Shown one piece after another: positions 1 to 13,013 of a DNA stretch of 55,571 bases. This stretch comes from Coniocarpon cinnabarinum (taxonomy: Eukaryota), in contig JAVECO010000159.1 in NCBI GenBank assembly GCA_051942205.1, positions 1 through 55,571 of the forward strand, in the 5' to 3' direction. Both the position numbers and the translations under genes were made by a program. Numbering within the stretch: position 1 is the first letter of the stretch; each line of letters starts with the position of its first letter. The notes beneath the pieces are model-generated. The model had not been told where the DNA came from. It did not search any database and worked only from the letters and a program-made list of their open reading frames with translations.

Positions 1-690
1 GTTTAGCCATCTAAAAAATTACTAATAGTATCTAATTAAATACTCTAATTATATATAAGAAAAATTAAAATATTTTAATATTAGATATTTATAAAAACTA
101 AGACCTACCTAGTACTAATTTAATATTATTATCTTAATTAAGAATAATTAAGTTTAAAAAAAGAGATAGTATTATAGTTTTACTTTTATAGTATCTTTTT
201 ATTTTATTATTTTTTTATTTAGAATCTATTAATATAATTATTTAATCTATTATATTTTTTATTAATTAGTTTATTAATAATTATTAAATATTATATAAAT
301 ATTATATAAATATAAACTAAAAGATATAAATAGTATATAGTATATTATACCTTTACTACTTATATTAACTAAGACTAAATATAAATAAATAGCCCTTATC
401 TTTATAAATAGTTATTCTATAGCTTTTATAATTCTATTAATTATTCTATATAGTTAATAATTTCTACTCTTAACTCTCTTATATTAATAATAATATTAAT
501 AGTAAAAAAAAAAGAAAAGAATAATAATAATAATAATATACTAAATACGTTTTAAAGATTAATATACTAAAAAGAAAATATCTTAAATAATAAGCACTAC
601 TATAAATTAAAATTAGAGATAGTAGCTATAGTATACTATAAGTTAAACTTAGTAGCACACTTTATATTTCTCCTCTAAATAATTGTGGCA
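1..690. repeat. AT-rich RIP-degraded repeat/transposon relic (edge; continues beyond window start)
   Basis: Very AT-rich with abundant TpA. Surviving C is mostly in CpT and surviving G in ApG; CpA/TpG and CpG are nearly absent. Sharp transition to roughly 50% GC at ~690. No ORF, and the original element cannot be identified. Confidence 0.85.
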
Positions 691-2274
691 CTAACAGAAT
701 AGCGCTTGCCATTTTAGGGGCCGGTTGCGGCCTCAATTTGAGGGCCAAAATCGGAGCTCTCTCCGAAGCCCGTCATTTCTCATCATTCGACCTTCATTGA
801 TGATCACAATTCTTGATCGTTAGAATCTTTCTTTGACTCTACTTCACTTCTACGCCTTTCCACCAGTATATAACAAGTCAGAGCCCAGCGATAGTAGCGA
901 CAGGTTTTCATCCTCGGCAAAGTCCACATTTCACCCCACTACCTCCATCATGCCTTCAAAAACACCCGCCGTCGCCTCCTCTCAAGGCCGGACCCTCCGC
1001 GGCCGCAGCAATTGGCGTCAAACCTACGACGCTATAACTGCACCTGAAAATCGGACCGTGCTGAGAGCGACCACCATCTTTGTTGTGAGTGCACTGATCT
1101 GATACGGTGAGTTGAGGGCTTGGCTGATGATGAGAATAGGCTGGCGTCGCGGCGTTGCAGTTTGGACTTGGCGAGCTATTGGTGCCGGAGTCTGTGTGAA
1201 GAGGTGGCTCTCAGGTTAGGGGGTGTACGATAGGAAAGATTGTATAATATGGGGTTGTGGGATGAGCTAGATGGGTGGCGGAACGCATGGTTAGAAGATG
1301 GCGTGGTGACAGCAGCATGTGCATTGGCTCTTGGAGACGTGAATGAGTCTATGCGAATTCAATAGCCTTGAATGCAATGTTGACGACGGCGTACAAAAGA
1401 AGAGAAAGATGTGTACGATATAGAGGCAATACGATTCTACTCAAGTTAGGCCCAGTCGCATGCTGTGGGCTGTCCATCTCGAATTTGGGCTGCGTGCATG
1501 GGACAGCAAGTCTAATGGACAAAACTCGTTGTCGGACCTCATCCTGGACGAGCAGGCCGTACGATGAGATCAAATTAAGTGACAAAGCTATAAGTATAAC
1601 GGCGAAAGCCCTCTCCGACTCATCGGACGCTGAATACAATGTCGTAAGTACTTTTTTATGGGGCCCTTGTGGCATGACGATGTGGTGCTCAACACATCCG
1701 GCCTCGACCGCTACATCGTCGGCAGCTGCTTAACTATGCGCAAAGACTTGTCCGCTTCCTCGTACACACCACTGACCTACTTCGAAATAATCCTAACAGC
1801 TGATAACTGCATGCAAAAGATATAGGCTGTTGACCCAGTTTCCCTACCTGGTCTGCTTTCCTTTCCGCCGTTGTCCTCTTGCCATGATTTCTTTACCGTT
1901 CGTGCTCAATATATCTTCACCTGAGGATATGGAATATGAGTAGCCTTGGGCATGGCGCAAGACTGCGGATCTCGTTGTAATGATCGGCAAACGAAGTTAG
2001 TTGTTTTTATGTCTGAGCGACCGTCAATTGCACGCTGCACATTCTGCGATATTTCTTCCCCTCAGAGATCTTTCAAGTGATAAATATGTGAACGCTATCT
2101 CGGGTTCCATGTCTGGTGGGAAACCAGCGTCCTGCCGTCAAGCACCAAACATCTCGAGACTTCTTACTGCGACGGCGTACCCAGCAGCTAGGTCCCAGAT
2201 ACGCGAGCATTGAGACAAAGACAGAGTCACACAACCATACACGGGTATCAAAGGCTCTGAAAATTGCCATTGCG

Positions 2275-4182
2275 TCAGAGCAAAATTCTATGTTCCCTCT
2301 GAAAATCTCTAGCTTTTACGCCTTGCTCAAAAAGTCTATCAAGCTCCTCATACGTCTTTCCAGAGGTCTCAGGAACTCTAACAAAAGCCCAGAACCAGCT
2401 CAAAGCCGCCAGCGTTCCCCAGATATAGCCCGTCTTGCCTCTCAAATCAAGGCCATCTGGATTCATCAAAGACGGTATCGCTAGCGTTACTGCCATTCCT
2501 AGAGCTGCTTGGACCGCTGTGGCTATGGCGATGACCTTGGCTCGCGCTTTGGCGGCACTGACTTCGCAGAGGATGACGAAGCAGATTGGTCCGATGGAGA
2601 TGTTGTAGACGAGGTTCCAGATCAGCATGAGGAGGCATTGCGTCCATGCTGTTGCTTTTGATGTGGCGTATGATGAGGATGCAGATATGCCAATGACGAA
2701 TTGTAGTACGGCGAGTACTGCTAGTCCATGTAAGTAAATCGCTCGACGGCCGGCGAAACCCATGATGATCCAGCTTAGAATTGAACCAACCAGACCTGCT
2801 ACGAAGAACGCCACGCCCATGTTGAAGGCTTGTTCTGTGTTAAGACCGGCTAGTTCGAAGAATAAAGTACCGAAGCCAATGAGGTAGATGCCGCTGAAGA
2901 CTTGGATTGCATACACGCCGGTGCCGATCTCCGTTCTGCGTAGATTGCCTCCGTCCGTGACAAAGCAATCTCGGTACGTTGACTGTGATTGTTCTCGTTT
3001 GTCTGTCTCGATGATAGCAGCGAGCGCACTCTTGACATCCACTTCCGGGGCGCTGAGTCTTCGCAACGCGTCTGCGGCGTCGCTTAGCCGGCCCCTTCGG
3101 ACAAGCCACCATGGTGACTCCGGTGCGAAGAGCACGAGTGGCAGGACAATCAGACAGCCCAACCATTGACACGCAAAAGGAACGCGATAAGCCCATCGAC
3201 CATCCAAATCCTTTGTAGCAGCCGTGACTCCATTCGCAAGTAATTGTCCAATAACGAAACAAGCATTCGTCCAGCTTGTCAGGATACCGCGGAGGGCTAG
3301 CGGACATACCTCACTGGCGTATGCAGGTGCGATGACAACGAAAGCTCCAAGAACCAATCCGTTCAAGAGTTCCCCAATGAGGAGGGTCTGTAGATTAGTT
3401 GCGAAGAACTCGATGAAGACGAGTCCGCTTGTGAGGAGTGTGCATGCTGCGAAGCTGGCGCGTCGACCATACATGTCCATGGGATGGCCTGCTAGAAGGG
3501 CGCCGAGGCATTGGCCAAGGGGATTGCCGATGGAGAGGGCGGATTGCCAGGTAGAGGGGATGATGTACTATATCTTAGTCAGCCTTGTTGAAATACATGA
3601 TACGCATTCGTAGTACTGCGGTCTTGTGAGACGCTCTAGAGGGTTTTTAATTCTCCTGATCTACATATTCCTAGACAGACCACATGGTGCTAACTGAGTC
3701 CTCCCTCAACAGCCAGCTTTCTAAGAATCAAATAATGGATCTCGTCTTACCTGTCCCTCTACAGCAACGCCAAAGTGCCGCTGAAACGCCGGCATTGCCA
3801 ACAAATTGCCCATAACCTGTGGATCAAACGCTAACATCACAACTCCCAGACTGAACACGACACTCCATACCACCGCCCACGGATACAATCGAATCGCATC
3901 CTTGAAATGCAACTCCTTTTCTTTCTCGAGCGACGCTTGTGCTGCTACTGCGTCTCTACCCGCTGACGCATCGTCTTCGGTCGTGTGGTTGGCTCCGTTG
4001 ATAACCTCATCCTCAGACTCATAGACGTGTCCGTCTATGGCACCATATCCAGTTCTCCGCACGATTTCATTTTCGGTCACCTGCTCATTGCCGTTGCCAT
4101 TTTTGTAGTGATCAGATTTACTCGATAAAAGAAGCGAATTCTCTCCAGCCTCATGTCCTTTGACTCCAAGAGATTGTCGCAT
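2275..4182 (-). CDS. MFS sugar porter, general alpha-glucoside/maltose permease-like (exons 4182-3751 and 3567-2275)
   Basis: Sugar-porter motifs D-x-YGRR, AYASEVCPLALRG, PESPWWL and VPETSGKTYEELD; many hydrophobic helices. The GT..GCTGAC..TAG intron 3750-3568 joins EGQ to YIIPSTWQSALS in frame. Confidence 0.9.
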
Positions 4183-4929
4183 CCCAACCGCGCATTCATC
4201 TCATCGTTGGTAGTCTAGTTGCTGATTGTTGAAGGTCGGACCAGTCACGAGACCTGGCGTTGATTTCGCGTTAAGTCAGGATAGGCAGGACGTGCAATCT
4301 TGTCTATTGATGTAGAGGTCGATCGTGCTTTTTAGCAAGGAGATTTACATTGAAAAAAGAGGCTACTTGAATCACATTACAAGGAGTGTTGGCTCGATCA
4401 GAAAATCAGTCGTACAGACGACCCGGAATCCTATGAATTCTCACATCGTAAACGCTATCTAGTAGTACAGAAGTTTGCTCGACAATTTCGAGACAAACGC
4501 TGAAACGAAAACATGCTCGAGAAACATGTTTGAGAAACACGTAGCCGTGAGTTCTGTAGAGTCCTGTGATAACTCTACATACGGCGGGATGATTCTGGGA
4601 CATGTACAAAACAGCTCTTGCTGAGCCGCAGACACGCTTGTGAAACGAGTACCTTCCAGTTTGAGCGAGATCCTGTCGTACCGTAATTGTCGTATTCCTG
4701 TCGTCTTCCTATGGGGCGTCATAGACCAAGCTGAGAAAGAACGGGGCGTCAGTGAAACGAAGGTGGTCTGCTCCCTGTGGTCCAGACAACGAGGTTCGAA
4801 AGTATCACAATGGAAAGCGAACTGTGTACTCCGATGACCCAGCAGGCGCCGACGCTTGCGCCAAATACTCTAGAAAAATGGTGCGACAAGCAGAAAAAGC
4901 TGAGAATCCTTGTATAGCCATAAACATCA

Positions 4930-7176
4930 TCACTCCTCGCGAAGTTTGCCCAAAGCAGCAATAGCCTGCTGTTCGGCAGTTCTGTGTTCGTCAGACTGAG
5001 GGTTCCCAACATCATTCTCGCCCTCATTCCGTATAGCGGGAAGTTCAGGCTCCGAAATGTTAGTGCCCGTGTTTTGACTGTAGTTACCTCCCATTGGAGC
5101 TGTGGGGGCAGGCATGCCGCTCAGCGCTTGTGCGAAGAAATGGTCCGAGGGATGCGCATGGCCGTTTGGTGGATCCGAGGCTTTGCCTTTTCCCTTCCCT
5201 TTCTTGATATAGCCCAGCATTGAGGTCTGATTGATGGGAGATTGTGAGCTTGACGAAGGCATACGATCTGTGGATTTAGGTGCCTTTGTTTTTCGACCGC
5301 GTCGACCGCCACCAGTTGACGTGGCATTTGACGTCTTATTGACAGTTCCGGTGGCTTGAGCAGTGCTGCCTTGTTGGTTATCCAGGACTGGGTCAATGGC
5401 AAAAGTGTCGCCGTCTTCATTGGCGCTGATCTGGGGTTGGTTACTCGGTGCATTTGTACGGGGACCGTCATTTCTCCGCGTCAGCTCCTCGGGAGCATGA
5501 TTCGCCTCGTACCACGCAACGACTGCATCGACTTGCTCTTGAAAGTCTCCTCGGGGATCAAGCATCTTCATGCGACCCCACGCGTATTTCCAATCGGTCG
5601 TCGACCACTCCATAGTTGAGCGCTGGGACAGCAGATTCCACGGGATGACGAACTCGCTTGATGACTCAGATGCTCGAATATCCACAGCGATTTGATACTT
5701 GTCACCTGGCAGCATCTGCTCGTAATGATGTCTTGCCTCGCGGGACGTGTCAGTCGATTTTGGGCGTGGTCGCGAGGTGTGCACCTTGCGTTTGGGCTTG
5801 TTGGCCTGTTCACGCGCCCGGATAGCCTTCCAATGCTGCAAGCATTGAAGTCGACTACGTGTGTAGTGCATCTTCTCGCTAACGTCATTGAAGTTGACGA
5901 GCTCCAGCCAATCCTGGTCTTCACGAAAAGCCAGCATTTCTTCCTGAGCCTTTCGTCTCCTCGCATTTTTGACGTCCCTTATGGCTTCATGGACGGCCAT
6001 CGACAGCTCCTGCTCCTCTTCTTCGGTCCAGTGGTCGGTTCGTCGGTTGTCGCCACAAATAACATAATTGCGCCATCTATCGCGGCAATCTTCTGGCATC
6101 CGGTGTAGTTGCTCTCCAATCCACTTCCATGAATTCGGCTTCTGTTCGTATAGACTCTTCAACTGCTCGTCTTCTTCTGGCTCCCAATTGCCACGCTTAT
6201 CAAAGTTATGGAAGCGGCGACGAACATGACGCTGCATTGCCTTGTGGTCGCGATTCGGTAGTGTCTGCATCGTGATGTCAGTAACGACATTCCCAATGTG
6301 CAAGACCGATAGACTCACCATGTAGAGCTGGGACCAGAAGTTGCGCGTCAAGTCGTCCATTTTGCGCTCCTTGTTTTGAACTATGTAATTCAGACGATCC
6401 ACGGTAATGCCCTGAGCATTTCGAAAATTGACTGCAAAGCGATCGATGTGAGCACGTTCAACTTCAGTGAAAGGGCCATCTTTGGGAAAGTTGGGACCCG
6501 ACTGCAACTGTGAGTCTGATGGATCGCGGTTCTCAGTGTTATCGACCGCTTTGTGCCTTTTATTAGGTCCAGAGCTATTTGGACCTCTGCGGCGTTTATT
6601 CGAGCCTGGCTGCTGAGCAGGCTCTTCAGCCGGTGGTTCTACTCCATTAGTGGCAGCCGTCAAGCCTGCCATTAATACTGGATCCATCGGCGTCTCGTCG
6701 TCATTTGCGGTAGTGTTGGGTTCTTGCGGCATTGACGAGGTTGCAATCGGAGTCATTAGCTGACTCGCAGCGTTCGCGGCGGCCATCGCACTGCTCTCTG
6801 CGGACGATGGGGGAACTTGGTTCTTTCGCGGGCGCCCAGGCCCTCGTTTTGGAGTTGGGGTTTGTGTCGCAGAAATGTTCATGTCAGCATTTTGAGTGCT
6901 GTTTGGCAAGGAGGTGTCCTGCGACGCTCCAGCGGTGCCTGCATTTTTTGGCTTGCGAGCCATGTCGAAGCCGTAGTTGTAGTTCGTGAAGATAGGTTGG
7001 TATGCACCACAATGCACACAACTCTGCTGTGAACTTGTGGGCGAAGTATCTGGAGTAACGTCTAAAGAAGACGCGATGGAATAAGTCTCTACAAGATCGT
7101 CAGAACTTCTTTCTTCTCGACCAACGCCCATCGCGTGCTTGATGGCGTTCGTAGCCCTCCACCAGAATGATGCCAT
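4930..7176 (-). CDS. Myb/SANT-repeat DNA-binding protein, Reb1/Nsi1/TTF1-like (RNA Pol I termination factor family), with AT-hook
   Basis: Myb repeats GPFTEVE, GNWEPEEDEQL..WKWIGEQLHRMPEDCRDRWR and WTEEEE..RSRLQCLQHW; AT-hook KRGPGRPRK. Likely 54-nt in-frame intron 6318-6265. Start is 7176 or 6963. Confidence 0.8.
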   Translation of the reverse strand: MASFWWRATNAIKHAMGVGREERSSDDLVETYSIASSLDVTPDTSPTSSQQSCVHCGAYQPIFTNYNYGFDMARKPKNAGTAGASQDTSLPNSTQNADMNISATQTPTPKRGPGRPRKNQVPPSSAESSAMAAANAASQLMTPIATSSMPQEPNTTANDDETPMDPVLMAGLTAATNGVEPPAEEPAQQPGSNKRRRGPNSSGPNKRHKAVDNTENRDPSDSQLQSGPNFPKDGPFTEVERAHIDRFAVNFRNAQGITVDRLNYIVQNKERKMDDLTRNFWSQLYMVSLSVLHIGNVVTDITMQTLPNRDHKAMQRHVRRRFHNFDKRGNWEPEEDEQLKSLYEQKPNSWKWIGEQLHRMPEDCRDRWRNYVICGDNRRTDHWTEEEEQELSMAVHEAIRDVKNARRRKAQEEMLAFREDQDWLELVNFNDVSEKMHYTRSRLQCLQHWKAIRAREQANKPKRKVHTSRPRPKSTDTSREARHHYEQMLPGDKYQIAVDIRASESSSEFVIPWNLLSQRSTMEWSTTDWKYAWGRMKMLDPRGDFQEQVDAVVAWYEANHAPEELTRRNDGPRTNAPSNQPQISANEDGDTFAIDPVLDNQQGSTAQATGTVNKTSNATSTGGGRRGRKTKAPKSTDRMPSSSSQSPINQTSMLGYIKKGKGKGKASDPPNGHAHPSDHFFAQALSGMPAPTAPMGGNYSQNTGTNISEPELPAIRNEGENDVGNPQSDEHRTAEQQAIAALGKLREE

Positions 7177-7184
7177 GGTGGAGG

Positions 7185-7556
7185 TAAGACGCGCGACTCA
7201 GTGCGTGTAAATATAGGTAGGGCAGGTCATGGCAATGTGTGGGTGAGACTGCACCTACTGGTGAGAAGTGTTAACGCGACTCAGCTGCACGCGTTATATT
7301 ACACGACCAGGCTTCAGACGAGCAAGGCCCGAGTGGCAGGTAATTGGAAATTGTGTTGCTATCCTGCTTGTTGTGGCAAGGTAAGGCAAGAAATAAGAAT
7401 TGGGGAGGAGAAGTGAGGAGAAAATACAGAGGCGTAGGGCTGACGCTTGGCCCTCGCGCTAATCACATTGGGAAGCGCGTCAGACTTCTTGGAGAACCTT
7501 AGAATTTAGGTTTGACATCTTCAGCCAGTTGGCAGTGACGCGCCTATGCGCGTCTC
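7185..7556. promoter_or_regulatory. Cluster of MCB-like (ACGCG/CGCGT) elements in the divergent Myb-gene/UGGT promoter
   Basis: ACGCG at 7189, 7274 and 7538; ACGCGT at 7289-7294; GCGCGT at ~7475 and ~7548; CGCGACTCAG occurs twice. Confidence 0.45.
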
Positions 7557-7804
7557 AGAGTTATTGAGGACTGCCGTTGCAGCGAATGCCATCGTCGTGC
7601 TCTTGCTTTGCTTGAGCAAGGCTTATCGCGAATGCTGACAGTCTTGTGTCCTGTGAAGGCATATACGTCGTTTTGGCCGTTACTTCGGGAGGGATGAATA
7701 TCTGTCGCAGGTGTGATCTTCCAAGCATGTGCATGCATCAGCCGTAGACTTTTGAATTCATTCATCATTTGAATCCACTTCCGTTCATTCACTCTTTCAC
7801 GATC

Positions 7805-10800
7805 ATGCGGAGAATCATCGCATGGAGTCACTCTCTTCTCTGCGCTTTCTCACTCGCAGCCGCCTCGGTACCGTCGGTAGACGTTGATCTGCGCACTGCC
7901 TTCTCTGCTCCCCCTTTCCTGCTGGAACTCATGTGCGTAAACTCTATGCAAATGGACTGATAGCGACATGCTTATGCCACCGTTAGAGAATCTGCTGCCT
8001 CCGAGAACGAATCATGCTATTTCCCTATCCTAGACTCCATTGCTGCTGGAAGACTTTCCCTCGGCGGAGGATCTGAAGAGCAGGTATATGAAGCATTTCG
8101 CGCATTATTGCAGGACGATGGCCACCTCAAAGACCCTCATGCGCTGGCGGCTTTTGATTTTGCAGCAGCAACGCATGCGAGCGCTCCCCGTATCGAGGCG
8201 GAATATCAATTCTGGCACACAGCTGTCAAAGGTGAAGCTGCGCAAGAATCCCACTCAGCCATCATAGCATGGTGTGGAGGCGAACAAATTGTTGCACAGA
8301 AAGAGTGCATCACAGCCCTCGCGCCGTCGACAGCAGGAAAGTTGTCGGCTTTATCACGAAATCTCGATTTCGATCGTGTGTATGGGTCGCCGCCTGGTCA
8401 ACACTCCCTAACACTGTATGCGGACATCACTTCAGCCGATTTTGCGAGCGAATACGCAGAATGGATCAAGAGGCACGGCTCAACTGGGTTCAGGCTGCGG
8501 TACAAGCCAGCTCTCAACAATGTGGCAAAGCCGCTCATGGTGAATGGCTACGGTGTCGAGCTCGCTTTGAAAAGGACAGATTACATTGTCATTGACGACC
8601 GTGAGTCAAGCACGACGCAATCAGAAACACACGATCAACAACTAGAACCTAGCATCGATCTCAACGAGGAAGAGATTGCTGACATCAAGCCTCTGTCCGC
8701 GTCCGAGTTGCGCAACTTGGGCATCAATGCCGCTAGCTATATCATGTCCGCAAACGATCCTTTTGACACTCTCCTCAAGATCTCCCAAGATTTTCCAGTA
8801 TTTTCTGCTGCCCTCGCGCAGACCAACGCCACACAGTCGTTCATCAAGGAGCACCATGGAAACCGCAATGTGATGCTACCATCGGGATTCAACGGCCTTT
8901 GGCTCAATGGACAGCAAGTCTCTCCCCGAGAAATTGATGCTTATTCCCTTCAGGATTTGCTCCGGCGTGAGCGCACGTTCATCAAAAGCCTTCAATCCCA
9001 AGGCTTGTCCGCATCAGAGGCGATTAGCCTGGCGTCATATCCTCCGCTATCTCAATCGCTAAATGATCACAGCGCCCCTCGATACGACTTTCGCGACAAT
9101 GGAGAAGGCGGCAACGTCATTATCTGGCTCAATGATTTGGAGAAGGACAAGCGCTATGACGAATGGCCTGACACCGTTGACGCCTATTTGCAGCGAATGT
9201 TCCCCGGTCAGCTGCCTGCGGTGCGGAAAAACGCCCACACAGTGATTGTCCCTGTTGACTTCGAAGACCCTGAAGACATTGCAAACGTAGTGGACAGTCT
9301 GCAGAGCTTTGTCAAGCGTACGGTGCCAATTCGATTTGGCATAGTCCCGCTCACTGCACGCGATGCTGGGAGTTCACATGCACGTGTGTTGTATCATTTA
9401 AATGATGCTTATGGTCTTTCGGCGGTCATGAAGTACTTGCAGCTATTATTGAGAGACGGTGATTATTCCAAGCCGAATTCCAAAGCTTTCACTACTATCG
9501 CAGAAGGAGCAAAGTTGCGAAAGGGCCAGGAGGAATTGTCACTTGCTGATGTGCAAGCATCTCCGGACCTTGGTGTACGAGCAGAGAGCGCGAGGCAATA
9601 TATGGCACGTCTTGGTGCGCAAGATAGCAGACCGCCTATTTTCGCGAATGGGGTTCCCATAGCGCGGTCTGAAGAATGGATGCAGGACCTCTCACAGCAA
9701 TTATCCGCAGACTTGCGTATCATCCAGCAAGCTGTCTTCGAAGAGACTGTAACCGACGAGACCTATTTGCCAGATTTGTTTCTGAATAGCTCTTCCAAGC
9801 ATCGAGATCCGTTGCTGGTACCGGAAAGCGCCCGCAACGTAACGCTCGTCGATATTGCGAGTGTGTTTGAACAACAGAAAGGCGTTCTTGACTTCCTTGA
9901 ACCATTCTACGACACTTCGCGTCATGCCGAATCTCAATTGAGCAGTCTTCTGATCGTAGGCGACTTCAACGAGAGACCCGGGGCGCAAATGGTCCTTGCC
10001 GCAGCAAAATTTACAGCACAGTCTCCCGGAATCGAGACTCGATTTCTTCATCAGTCCATGCGTGGATCGAATCTTGACTATCTTACAGCGGATGGCATTG
10101 CACGCATGCAAGATATGTTAGATGGAGAACATTCTGAACTCTCTGCTTCAGATAAACATGCGATCGGCTTATTCTTAACGGAAACGTTGATGAAACAAGT
10201 GATCGAAGCAAAAGCTGGAAGTGCTCCGTATGCAACTTTTGCGAGCGTTCTCGGTGTTCCAGCTGGAGAACTTGCTGTACTGATCAACGGGAGGCGAATC
10301 GGCCCATTGCCTGAAGGCCGCGTCCTTACAGCAGATGATCTAGCCATTGCCTTTGAGCATGAACAGGCGAAAAGACTCAACCCTACGATTGAAGCGCTCA
10401 AGGCACTCGGCCTGCTGGAAAGACTCGAAGACCCATTGGCAGCTTCAAAAATATCTGCACTTCTGGCTGTTTCCGTCAGCCAAGACGTGCCTGAGGGCAT
10501 ATTCGATAACACGCCTGGTCCTCGCACGGATGTTTTCAAGCGCTGGAATGCGTCCCACACATGTATCACTGTAGGCGACGCCGAAGACGCAGCTGTGCAG
10601 TTGGTCGCAAGCATCGATCCAAGCTCTGAGAGCGCCCAGCGCTGGATACCGATCATCAACGTACTTTCCAAAATTGCTGGCGTTTACACCCGAATCTTTC
10701 TCAATCCAAAACAGCGGCTTCAAGAACTTCCGACAAAGCGATTCTACCGTCATGTGCTTGAGCACAAGCCTGTATTTGATGCCAATGGTGCAATGGCTGA

Positions 10801-12421
10801 GTCGCGTGCGCAGTTTCGAAGTATTCCGGCAAACGCATTGCTGACGATGACACTGGATGTCGCTCCCCCATGGCTTGTTGCTCCTAAAGAATCCGTGCAC
10901 GATCTGGATAATCTTCGTCTCAGCTCGTTGAGAAACTATCCCAATATCACCGCGTCATACGAACTGGAGAACATTCTCATTGAAGGACACAGCCGCGACT
11001 TGACCAACGGAAATGCGCCGCGGGGCGTACAGTTCGGATTGGAAGACGAAGCTGGCGTCCAGCAGGCCGGCACAATCGTCATGGCAAATCTCGGATACTT
11101 TCAATTCAAGGCTAATCCGGGCGCATACAACCTCGCCCTTCAGCATGGTGCCAGTGAGCGCATTTTCACACTTGATAGTGCTGGCACACAAGGCTACGAT
11201 GCCCGTCCCGGCGATAGCACCACCGACATCCTTCTCACCAGCTTTAAAGGCTCCACAGCCTTCCCGCGACTTTCACGGAAAGTCGGAATGGAGCTTGCAG
11301 ACGTCCTCGAATTCGAATCGTTGGCTTCTTCAGACGTGCTCTCCAAGGGTGCTTCCATCGCGGATGACCTCCTCAATAAAGCCGGATTTCCTAATGCGCA
11401 AGCAAGCGAATACCTCGCCCGTGGCTTCAAATGGGGTCAAGACGTCCTGGGCATGGGGAGCATGAGTCCACCTCCAGCCTCGTCTACACCACAGGCCGAC
11501 ATCAACATCTTCTCCGTCGCCTCCGGCCATCTATACGAACGTATGCTCAACATCATGATGCTCAGCGTCATGCGCCATACCGAGCACACCGTCAAATTCT
11601 GGTTCATCGAGCAATTCCTCTCACCCTCATTTAAAGCCTTCCTACCTACCCTCGCCGCCGAATACGGCTTCGACTTCGAAATGGTCACCTACAAATGGCC
11701 GCACTGGCTCCGCGCCCAGACCGAAAAACAGCGCACCATCTGGGGCTACAAGATCCTGTTTCTGGACGTCCTCTTCCCGCTCGACCTCGATAAGGTCATC
11801 TTCGTGGACGCCGACCAGATCGTTCGCACGGATATGTACGACCTCGTCCAGCACGATTTGGAGGGCGCGCCCTACGCATTCACGCCCATGTGCGACAGCC
11901 GCACCGAAATGGAAGGGTTCCGCTTCTGGAAGCAAGGCTACTGGAGCAATTTCCTGCGCGGGAAACCGTATCACATCTCCGCGCTGTACGTCGTCGATCT
12001 CAAGCGCTTCCGCCAAATGGCAGCGGGTGACCGTCTCCGACAACAGTATCACAGTCTCAGCGCCGATCCGAATAGTCTGAGTAATTTAGATCAAGACCTG
12101 CCGAATCACATGCAGCATTCGCTGCCGATTCATAGTCTACCGCAGGAATGGCTCTGGTGCGAGACGTGGTGTAGTGATGAGGCGTTGACGGACGCGCGGA
12201 CGATTGATCTGTGCAATAATCCGCAGACGAAGGAGCCGAAGTTGGAGCGTGCACGGCGGCAGGTCCCTGAGTGGACGGTGTATGATGATGAGATTGCGGC
12301 GCTTGCTAGACGGAGGGGAAATGAGAGTGGGGATGCTATTGAGGGTGTTGTTGGGGGCGCGTTGGTGGGGGAGCAGGAGCAGATGCAGAGGGATGCGGCG
12401 AAAAACAAGGATGAATTGTGA
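7805..12421 (+). CDS. gpt1: UDP-glucose:glycoprotein glucosyltransferase (UGGT, GT24), ER luminal
   Basis: Signal peptide MRRIIAWSHSLLCAFSLAAA; intron 7933-7986; GYGVELALKRTDY; GT24 domain INIFSVASGHLYER..KILFLDVLFP..FVDADQ..LSNLDQDLPN..WLWCETWC; C-terminal KDEL. Confidence 0.97.
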
Positions 12422-13013
12422 TCTGTATGATTATGGGATAGATTGATAATCTTATAGAATTTCTTACCTCCATGAGAAGCAAGCAGTGTGCTTGCACATA
12501 ACAACTATCAACGTTATCTCCTTCGTGGGTTCTCATGGATGAGCTGTCCTCCACTCGAAATGCACTTGTCGCCGTCTCTGCAGTTCGAAACGTGAACTGC
12601 GCATAGGACACATCTTTGCTTCAGTGCTAGATGCAGGCCTTTCAGAGAAGCATAGAAAGGCCCCTGACTTCAGACGCGAAGATGCGAGAAGCGCGACTAG
12701 ATGAGTAGATGGTCGATACCCAGGGGTCTGGAAGCATAGGGCATCCATAGTACTTATCATAATTTTTCTGATTGTGGACTCTATTTGTATATAGGTTTAT
12801 GACCTCTTGCTGTTGAGATCAACAGGTAGGAAGTTGTGTAATGAAATGGTGATCCTGGCAGTCGTTGAGATTCGTGTCAGAATCCCATTGACATGGGATA
12901 GGTCATAGTGGACCTTTCAGATCTATCAAGCTACAGATGAAAATCCTAAACCAGTCGTCTCATAACCTTGGTAAGCATCACGCAAGCCGTGCAGGTGAGC
13001 GTTGATCGGATAG

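Noticed and set aside
780..1900. Possible RIP-leakage pseudogene next to the AT-rich block (ORFs 833-1102, 1349-1675, 1368-1733)
   Set aside because: No recognisable domain, and the stop density in the minus-strand frames I read is about what random sequence gives.
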